A stretch of 57,021 nucleotides of DNA, the filler included, from Basidiobolus ranarum (Eukaryota), in the NCBI GenBank assembly GCA_040143965.1. It is 5 parts of 5 records of this genome, joined end to end, with 100 filler letters (N's around TTAATTAATTAA, not from the genome) between each part and the next. Parts side by side here need not be neighbours in the genome. Positions count along the whole stretch, not along the records: positions 45,723 to 57,021 come from JASJQH010000624.1; 4 more parts are not named here. One strand, given 5' to 3'. A program made the position numbers and the translations under genes. A model generated the notes under the pieces. The model did not search any database. It was given only the letters and a program-made list of their open reading frames with translations, and was not told the DNA's origin. Positions 50,217 through 57,021 of the stretch are shown in pieces (the stretch's first letter is position 1; each line of letters opens with the position of its first letter).

Positions 50217-53200
50217 TCACTTATGCACACGGAAAATACCCCAGTTTTCTATCAAATACTCTGCATTTAACCATCCAGCTCTATAGACCCAATCTCCAGT
50301 ACTATTGCTTGCTGTGAACTCATCATTTACGCTTCCACCTGTACTGATAGCATTGTTGACTGAAGAGACACCATGTTGTGGCGCCTTGAGCTGATCAAGC
50401 CAGGCGTGACCATGGAGATGGAATGATTGTGGCCTTGATTTGTCCAGACCGCTTACTATCCTAAGCATCTGCTGAGTTCCGGGGATTGCGCAGAATACAT
50501 CCGTTGAAGGACTTTTGTTTTGCAACCATATTGGAGCAGAGGCAGGCTGGTTTCGATAGTTCACGGCTTTCAATCCAGCATCCTGGAAATCGACGCCAGT
50601 CTCGCCTGGCACAGGAGTAGTAACATTGGACAGAATTTGGAATGGGAAGCCAGTTGCATAAGGAATTGGTGTGTTGGCAGAGTTATTCTGGAACAAACGT
50701 AAACCAGATTGCAATATCATCACTTTATCTTGATATAACAACCTTCCGTGGTTTGATCGTTTATTGTAAACGTCAGCACTGAAGTAAACATCGGACACGG
50801 GGCCGATCCAATTTTCAGGTACTTCATGAGCACGCAAGATTACTAGAGCTCCAATCAACCCGTGGTGCTTATGATTCCGAATATCTGCATGATCTTGTAG
50901 TGGAAGTGCCCCTAGATGTTGGTCCGCATACCAACTGTAGATCCTCGTATCTCCTGGTCCAACTGTGGAATCTTCGTTATAGCCGACGTTAGAACCATCA
51001 TCGTACCTGACATCATGCTGTATGAGCGGAGCATGTATCGATACCCTATTGGATACAGTTCGATTTGGATCATTTACTGGAACGGGGACGGCAAATGGTT
51101 CAGGAACAAGTTGCTTGGGTAGCCCATTATGCAAATGAAGCTGAATACGCTCTCCAACTAGACCTCGAATAATCAGTGGTTCAACCTTGTTCCCTTGTAC
51201 ATTGAAGCATTCCCGGTTCTTTGGCTTGATGATCTTTGGTGACCGTGGCTCTTGATATCCTGTCAAGCAGTAAATCAAGCCATAAGGATCACTCCATCCA
51301 TCTGTATTATACACAATTTCCTGTCGCTTGGCGGTGACAAAGTATTTCCGCTCTCCAGATACTTTGGATTTGAATTTGCTAATGGCGCCAGGGCGACTTC
51401 TAGCCAAACTATCTGAACTTCTCGTATGGGCATATCTGTATTTCGCAACATCTCTCAACAATGTAGAGTGATAGAAGGAAGATACTTTCTGCTCAGGACC
51501 GGGAATCCTTGGCAAATGCTTTTGAGGAGTATCGTAAACTCGCGTAATACCCCAACCACCCAGCCATAAATCATCAACCCCACCAAGTTTGTACAGATGA
51601 TCACCCGTACTGTAATCGGATTGAACTCTAAATGTGAAACCCTCAGAAATACCAATAACCTGCTGATTTGTGACATTTACACTGGCAAGATCTCTGAACT
51701 TTTGCCAACGCATTCCGTGCATTTCGAAACTGTGTGGCTTATCATGGGCACCTTGAACCAGACGTATGATGACATTGTCTCCACGATAGGCTTCGAATAA
51801 AGGTGTTGATGGGTCTCCATACTTATTCTTACTGCTAAACCATTCCGAAGGATCTAACCCTTTCCTTTCAATCAATGGCTCATTTCTATAATTCGTTACC
51901 ACTATACCATGATCTGCCAATACATTCTGGTTAGGAGGTGGACGGATTGCAGTGCCATTGCGATAGAATGCTGGAGTATAATCACCGATGAAAAGAACTT
52001 GTTCTCTGAACGATTCCTCGGGGCCAATAACTACGGCACTAGAATTATGGCGTTGTTCTTGCTTTAAATTATGTGGGTTCAAAAATTTGGACCCAGTAGG
52101 TGCCACAGGTGCTATCCCATACAAACCTTTCTTTTGACGATAACTAGCAAATAGATGGTCATGGAAGAAGACATGGCCCAGAGCATCATCAATCCACCAA
52201 CGATTAATCAGATACTTTCCAAATCTTGCACCACTGATATAATTCCAACCAACGGAGGCACCATCACTGGATAGTACATCAAACTTGACGAGATGTACGT
52301 GCATACCAGCCTCACCTTCAGAAGCTACTGTTGGACATCTAGGGAACTGTTTATCAAATGGAGTAGCAGGAATTGTGCGGGGAAGGTTGTTGGTGTATTG
52401 ACTCACAGAGACACTCTTCTGAGTAACACGCATTGTGAAAGGCTCATATCTGGCAGGACGTCCAGGGTCTGGCTTCACTGTTTCTGCTGCAGCAAACATA
52501 TGACCATATGGATAATGCCATCCATACTTGTTATACTCAATATCACGTGTCATGATGCTAACATTGAAGAAATGCGTTTCTAGATTACGAGGAGTAGGAA
52601 TCAAAGTGAACAAGTTTCCGACTTGAGGATCGGAATTCATACTTGCTACTTCAACCTCAGTTGCTGGACGATAGTCTGATCCTTCTGGGATCTTACCCAA
52701 TATTTCCACCGGCCAAGGAACTCTAGGGGATTTCTGACCAGGGGTGCCAGCAATAAAGTTTGGATAACCTGGCTGAAGTTCAGTCTTGTATGGTGGATGT
52801 GGTCGACCAGGCAATGGGATCAACTTGGGGATAGGAGTACCATCAGGATATGTATAACGACCATCTTCATAACGATCTATGACACGCATCATACTCCACA
52901 TTCCTGTTTCGAAATGGACATACAAATGGCAATGGAGAATGACATCTCCGATCGTCTTCAATCTAGAGCCAGCACCGAAATGGATGTCCAAATCCCAAGT
53001 AGTCAGAGGAGACAATGAAAAGGAATCGATAATATCACTTTGACGATCACCTCTTCCCGAACTCCATTGATGGCCATGTAAGTGGAATACGTGGGTTTCA
53101 GTTACACCGGTGTCAATGACTCTGTACCTTACTGGATCACCAGCATAAGCACGGAAGACTGGGGTTGCTGGATCACCAAATAGCCAGCTAGAGTGATGCT

Positions 53201-54242
53201 GTTCTTCACCATTAACGTTTGATATCTGTCCATCCGCAATCATTCTCCACAAAGCAAGTTCACGGTTCTTCATCGGCTCAGAACGATAGTTGAAGACATT
53301 GACAACTGGTATACCTGTTTGATTTTCAGCAGTGCAGGGATCAACTGTAGGTGCACGGTTATTCTGAATTGCAACTCTATCTTGGAAGAATAGGGTGAAT
53401 TCTCTGAATGGGCAGTCAGGATGAGAGTGTTGATCTTCCTCGGCATAAAAATCGTGTCTCTTGGGACATCCTCCATTAAGGGGGTAGGGGTGAATATCGA
53501 CATGGGCCCCTTCGACGACTGGCTTTCCTGTAGTTGGATCTGTCCAGAGGGAACCTTTAGGCTCGACAATAACAGCACCAAATAGCCCATGGACCACTGT
53601 ACCAGCTGGTGAGCCATCATATGTACCACCATCAGAGATCAAGTAAGTACCTTCCCGCAAACAAGGCCAAGTATATTCAGTCATCTCTCCGGCACTTACT
53701 ACGCCAATAGGGTTATTTCCTACCGCAGATCCGTCACTCTTTATGTCATACCCATAAAGATATGGGTGCATTCCAACTTGAATCCCTGGAATTTGGTTTG
53801 TGAATTTGACATGGATTTTGTCACCTTGATTACAACGTAATACAAGAGGTTGAACAAGTGGATCTGTAGGCAAATCTGTAGAATTTTGACCCAGTTGCGC
53901 TAAAATATAATCACGATAACCGCTGAGATATTCAAGATTCTGCTTTAAAGCAAACATGACACCTCTAGCATCGTAATCACCCCATGAGTTCATCACAATT
54001 GGCATCGGGATTGCTGAAACCTCATAGAGACGAGTTTGAGGAATAAGTCTCTGCCGCATACGTGACCCGGTCCAGTGGTCGTTCTTTCGTGAGTCTGTGC
54101 CTGTAGAACGAGAGCCGCTTTCATAGGCCGAGACATTCGGAAGAAGTAAACTTACCACCAGGAGCACCAACATCAAGTAGACAAGAGAATGAGATTCTCT
54201 GCCCTGGCGACAATCACTTTTCGATGATCGTTTAACAAACAT
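50217..54242 (-). CDS. Large secreted MnxG-like multicopper oxidase (putative manganese oxidase), ~1341 aa, intronless
   Basis: ATG 54242 (alt 54173); hydrophobic leader LVYLMLVLLVVSLLLPNVSA; Cu motifs HVFHLHGHQW, HCHLYVHFETGM, MHVHLV and FFHDHL; MnxG-type blocks PLVLRCNQGD, NYRSEPMKNR, SSWLFGDPATP, YPDGTPI..LIPLPGR, DGASVGWNY. Confidence 0.9.
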   Translation of the reverse strand: MFVKRSSKSDCRQGRESHSLVYLMLVLLVVSLLLPNVSAYESGSRSTGTDSRKNDHWTGSRMRQRLIPQTRLYEVSAIPMPIVMNSWGDYDARGVMFALKQNLEYLSGYRDYILAQLGQNSTDLPTDPLVQPLVLRCNQGDKIHVKFTNQIPGIQVGMHPYLYGYDIKSDGSAVGNNPIGVVSAGEMTEYTWPCLREGTYLISDGGTYDGSPAGTVVHGLFGAVIVEPKGSLWTDPTTGKPVVEGAHVDIHPYPLNGGCPKRHDFYAEEDQHSHPDCPFREFTLFFQDRVAIQNNRAPTVDPCTAENQTGIPVVNVFNYRSEPMKNRELALWRMIADGQISNVNGEEQHHSSWLFGDPATPVFRAYAGDPVRYRVIDTGVTETHVFHLHGHQWSSGRGDRQSDIIDSFSLSPLTTWDLDIHFGAGSRLKTIGDVILHCHLYVHFETGMWSMMRVIDRYEDGRYTYPDGTPIPKLIPLPGRPHPPYKTELQPGYPNFIAGTPGQKSPRVPWPVEILGKIPEGSDYRPATEVEVASMNSDPQVGNLFTLIPTPRNLETHFFNVSIMTRDIEYNKYGWHYPYGHMFAAAETVKPDPGRPARYEPFTMRVTQKSVSVSQYTNNLPRTIPATPFDKQFPRCPTVASEGEAGMHVHLVKFDVLSSDGASVGWNYISGARFGKYLINRWWIDDALGHVFFHDHLFASYRQKKGLYGIAPVAPTGSKFLNPHNLKQEQRHNSSAVVIGPEESFREQVLFIGDYTPAFYRNGTAIRPPPNQNVLADHGIVVTNYRNEPLIERKGLDPSEWFSSKNKYGDPSTPLFEAYRGDNVIIRLVQGAHDKPHSFEMHGMRWQKFRDLASVNVTNQQVIGISEGFTFRVQSDYSTGDHLYKLGGVDDLWLGGWGITRVYDTPQKHLPRIPGPEQKVSSFYHSTLLRDVAKYRYAHTRSSDSLARSRPGAISKFKSKVSGERKYFVTAKRQEIVYNTDGWSDPYGLIYCLTGYQEPRSPKIIKPKNRECFNVQGNKVEPLIIRGLVGERIQLHLHNGLPKQLVPEPFAVPVPVNDPNRTVSNRVSIHAPLIQHDVRYDDGSNVGYNEDSTVGPGDTRIYSWYADQHLGALPLQDHADIRNHKHHGLIGALVILRAHEVPENWIGPVSDVYFSADVYNKRSNHGRLLYQDKVMILQSGLRLFQNNSANTPIPYATGFPFQILSNVTTPVPGETGVDFQDAGLKAVNYRNQPASAPIWLQNKSPSTDVFCAIPGTQQMLRIVSGLDKSRPQSFHLHGHAWLDQLKAPQHGVSSVNNAISTGGSVNDEFTASNSTGDWVYRAGWLNAEYLIENWGIFRVHK

Positions 54243-54300
54243 CGTTGAGTGACACCAGTATATACTTGAGCTGATGAGATTAGTTGTCCGTCGCTTTATC

Positions 54301-54307
54301 TTATATA
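54301..54307 (-). promoter_or_regulatory. Putative TATA box of the multicopper oxidase gene
   Basis: TATATAA on the minus strand ~60 nt upstream of ATG 54242. Confidence 0.45.
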
Positions 54308-54860
54308 TTATTAGAGTATCAGTATACGTTAGAGACTTTGTAACTTGAGAGGGATTTTCGCTCCAAGAGTTTGAAAAAAGCAAGTCATGTAATTGGCATA
54401 CGATTACTTGCATATTACTTATTTTCATATGCATTAATTAATATTTGTCTTGACATGGTTCATGAATACGAAACTACCTACTGGAATTTTGTCACAGAGT
54501 TTAAATCCTTGTTTGATCATGTATTACCCGAGCGCACAGTTGGTTGGATCGAACACTTGGATGCTGATCAATATCGAATTCTAAGATTCGATCAATGCAC
54601 TGATGAAAAACTTCCGTTAATTAACTTGAAATGGTGATATAGTGTAATATTAGGATTAGTCTATTATATAGATCAACAGTAAATGACTGGAGATCGCTGT
54701 CTACAGTATCTTTGTTCACTACGCGTCCTTGATAATGATTGTTTGGTATTAGATAGAAATTTCTCCCTATTAGTATCATCGTAAATCAAATCACTAACAA
54801 ATATAGATAACACATGGGTATTTTGTGAGTCTACCAATATTGTGGGGATAATAGAAAAAA

Positions 54861-54909
54861 AGGTCTCGCCGAGAATCGAACTCGGATTACAGGATTCAAA
54901 GTCCTGGGT
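54861..54909 (-). pseudogene. 3' half of tRNA-Gln(UUG) with Pol III terminator; 5' half missing
   Basis: Minus strand CAGGA-CTTTGAA-TCCTG TAAT CCGAG-TTCGATT-CTCGG CGAGACC T then a T-run; upstream sequence lacks a D-arm and the GGTCTCG acceptor strand. Confidence 0.85.
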
Positions 54910-55028
54910 CAATGTAAAGTATTGCTATTTCAGGTACATGCCTGTAGAAAAGCTCTAGGAACGAGTTCATATGAGACACAAAAACCTTCACGTTTATTAC
55001 AAAACTTCTATTATTATCGCACATGAAA

Positions 55029-57021
55029 TTATTTGTGCACTCGGAATATACCCCAGTTTTCTGTGAGGAACTCTGTATTTAGCCATCCAGTTCTGTAAGC
55101 CCAATCTCCAGTATAATTACTAGCTGTAAACTCATTGGTTATACTAGTGCCTGTACTTATAGCATTGTTGACTGAAGAAACACCATGCTGTGGTGCCTTG
55201 AGCTGATCAACCCATGCATGTCCGTGGAGATGGAATGGTAGGGGTCTGGGTTTATCCAAGCCACTGACAACATATAGGATTTGACGAATGCCTGCAATTG
55301 CGTGGAAGATTTTCGTGGAAGGTTGACTATTTCGCAACCAGTTGGGAGTAGAAGCAGGTTGATTCCGATAACTCATAGCTTTTAGTCCTGCATCCTGGAA
55401 ATCGACACCAGTCTCACCTGGAACAGGAGTAGTAACGTTGGACAGAATTTGGAATGGGAAGCCAGTTGCATAAGGAATTGGTGTGTTGACAGCGTTGTTT
55501 TGGAACAAACGTAGGCCAGATTGCAATATCAACACTTTATCTTGATAAAGTAGTCGTCCTCGTGTTGACCTAGCATAAACGTTACTGCAATAGTAAACAT
55601 TGGATTCAGAACCAATCCACTTTTCTGGGACTTGGTGAGAAGGCAAGATTACTAAAGCTCCAACCAACCCGTGGTGTTTATGGTTCCTAATATCTGCGTG
55701 GTCTTGAAGTGGAAGTGCTCCTAAATATTGATCCGCATACCAATTATAAACTTTCGTAGCCCCTGGTCCCACAGTAGAATCTTCGTTAAAACCAACATTA
55801 GAGCCATCATCGTATCTCACATCATGCTGTATGAGCGGAGCATGTATTGATACCCGGTTGGAGACTCGGCGATTTGGATCATCTACTGGAACAGGGACAG
55901 CAAATGGTTCAGGAACGAGTTGCTTGGGTAGCCCATTATGCAAATAAAGCTGGATACGCTCTCCAACTAAACCTCGAATAATCAGTGGTTCAACTTTGTT
56001 CCCTTGTACATTGAAGCATTCCCGGTTCTTTGGCTTGATAATCTTTGGTGACCGTGGCTCTTGATATCCTGTCAAGCAGTAAATCAAGCCATAAGGATCA
56101 CTCCATCCATCTGTATTATACACAATTTCTTGTCGCTTGGCTGTGACAAAGTATTTCCGCTCTCCAGATACTTTGGACTTGAATTTACTAATGGCGCCTG
56201 GGCGACTTCTAGCCAAACTATCTGAGCTTCTTGTATGGGCATATCTGTATCTCGCAACATCTCTTAAGAATGTGGAATGATAGAAGGAAGATACTTTCTG
56301 CAGGGATCCTGGAATTCTAGGCAAATGCTTTTGAGTAGTATCATAAACTCGAGTGATACCCCAATTACCCAGCCATAAATCATCAATGCCACCAAGTTTG
56401 TACAGATGATCTCCTGTACTGTAATCAGACTGAACTCTGAAAGTGAAGCCCTCAGAAATACCAATGGTTTGCTGAGTAGTGACATTGACTTTGGCCAAAT
56501 CTCTGAACTTTTGCCAACGCATCCCGTGCATCTCAAAGCTGTGTGGCTTATCATGAGCACCTTGAACCAGACGTATGATGACATTGTCTCCACGATAGGC
56601 TTCGAATAAGGGTGTTGATGGATCTCCATACTTATTCCTGCTACTAAACCATTGCGAAGGATCTAATCCTTTCCTTTCAACCAATGGCTCATTTCTATAA
56701 TTGAGTACTGCAATACCCTGATCTAGTAACGCGTTTTGGTTAGGAGGTGGACGGATTGCAGTGCCATTTGCATAGAATGCTGGAGTAAAATCACCAATGA
56801 AAATGACTTGTTCTCTGAACGATTCCTCAGGGCCAATAACTACAGCACTAGAATTATGGCGTTGTTCTTGCTTTAAATTATGTGGGTTCAAAAATTTGGA
56901 CCCAGCAGGCGCCACAGGTGCTATCCCATACAAACCTTTCTTTTGACGATAACTAGCAAATAGATGGTCATGGAAGAAGACATGGCCCAGAGCATCATCA
57001 ATCCACCAACGATTAATCAGA
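55029..57021 (-). CDS. Second tandem MnxG-like multicopper oxidase, C-terminal ~660 aa (5' part beyond contig end)
   Basis: Open frame from the contig edge LINRWWIDDALGHVFFHDHL to ENWGIFRVHK*; colinear and highly similar to the 50217 copy. Confidence 0.9.
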   Translation of the reverse strand, partial: LINRWWIDDALGHVFFHDHLFASYRQKKGLYGIAPVAPAGSKFLNPHNLKQEQRHNSSAVVIGPEESFREQVIFIGDFTPAFYANGTAIRPPPNQNALLDQGIAVLNYRNEPLVERKGLDPSQWFSSRNKYGDPSTPLFEAYRGDNVIIRLVQGAHDKPHSFEMHGMRWQKFRDLAKVNVTTQQTIGISEGFTFRVQSDYSTGDHLYKLGGIDDLWLGNWGITRVYDTTQKHLPRIPGSLQKVSSFYHSTFLRDVARYRYAHTRSSDSLARSRPGAISKFKSKVSGERKYFVTAKRQEIVYNTDGWSDPYGLIYCLTGYQEPRSPKIIKPKNRECFNVQGNKVEPLIIRGLVGERIQLYLHNGLPKQLVPEPFAVPVPVDDPNRRVSNRVSIHAPLIQHDVRYDDGSNVGFNEDSTVGPGATKVYNWYADQYLGALPLQDHADIRNHKHHGLVGALVILPSHQVPEKWIGSESNVYYCSNVYARSTRGRLLYQDKVLILQSGLRLFQNNAVNTPIPYATGFPFQILSNVTTPVPGETGVDFQDAGLKAMSYRNQPASTPNWLRNSQPSTKIFHAIAGIRQILYVVSGLDKPRPLPFHLHGHAWVDQLKAPQHGVSSVNNAISTGTSITNEFTASNYTGDWAYRTGWLNTEFLTENWGIFRVHK

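Noticed and set aside
54243-54434. 64-aa N-terminal extension of the oxidase in the ORF track
   Set aside because: AT-rich, non-conserved-looking, contains the putative TATA box and would bury the signal peptide; more likely promoter/5'UTR

Overview
Eukaryotic (fungal) genomic DNA with short GT-AG introns, most consistent with an early-diverging fungus such as Basidiobolus (taxon is inference from gene style and content). The window is not one locus. It is five unlinked contigs of decreasing length (1-11339, 11440-22773, 22874-34199, 34300-45622, 45723-57021) joined by artificial 100-nt N44-TTAATTAATTAA-N44 spacers. Contigs 1, 2 and 4 hold housekeeping genes (SEY1, BEM46/ABHD13, a sugar porter, TMEM198-like, an SDR, a lactonase, focadhesin-like, PER1, NAP1, an acetyl-CoA transporter, RPL36) plus several odd small secreted or repeat proteins. 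Contig 3 is a CpG-depleted graveyard of CACTA/EnSpm and Copia remnants. The standout is contig 5: an intronless ~1340-aa multicopper oxidase closely resembling bacterial manganese oxidase MnxG, with an intact Cu-ligand set, an N-terminal secretion signal, many N-glycosylation sequons and a TATA box. It is present as a tandem pair separated by a 3' half of tRNA-Gln, plus a third pseudogenised copy broken by an LTR insertion and an LTR-mediated inversion. This looks like a horizontally acquired, domesticated and amplified Mn(II)-oxidase system in a fungus.
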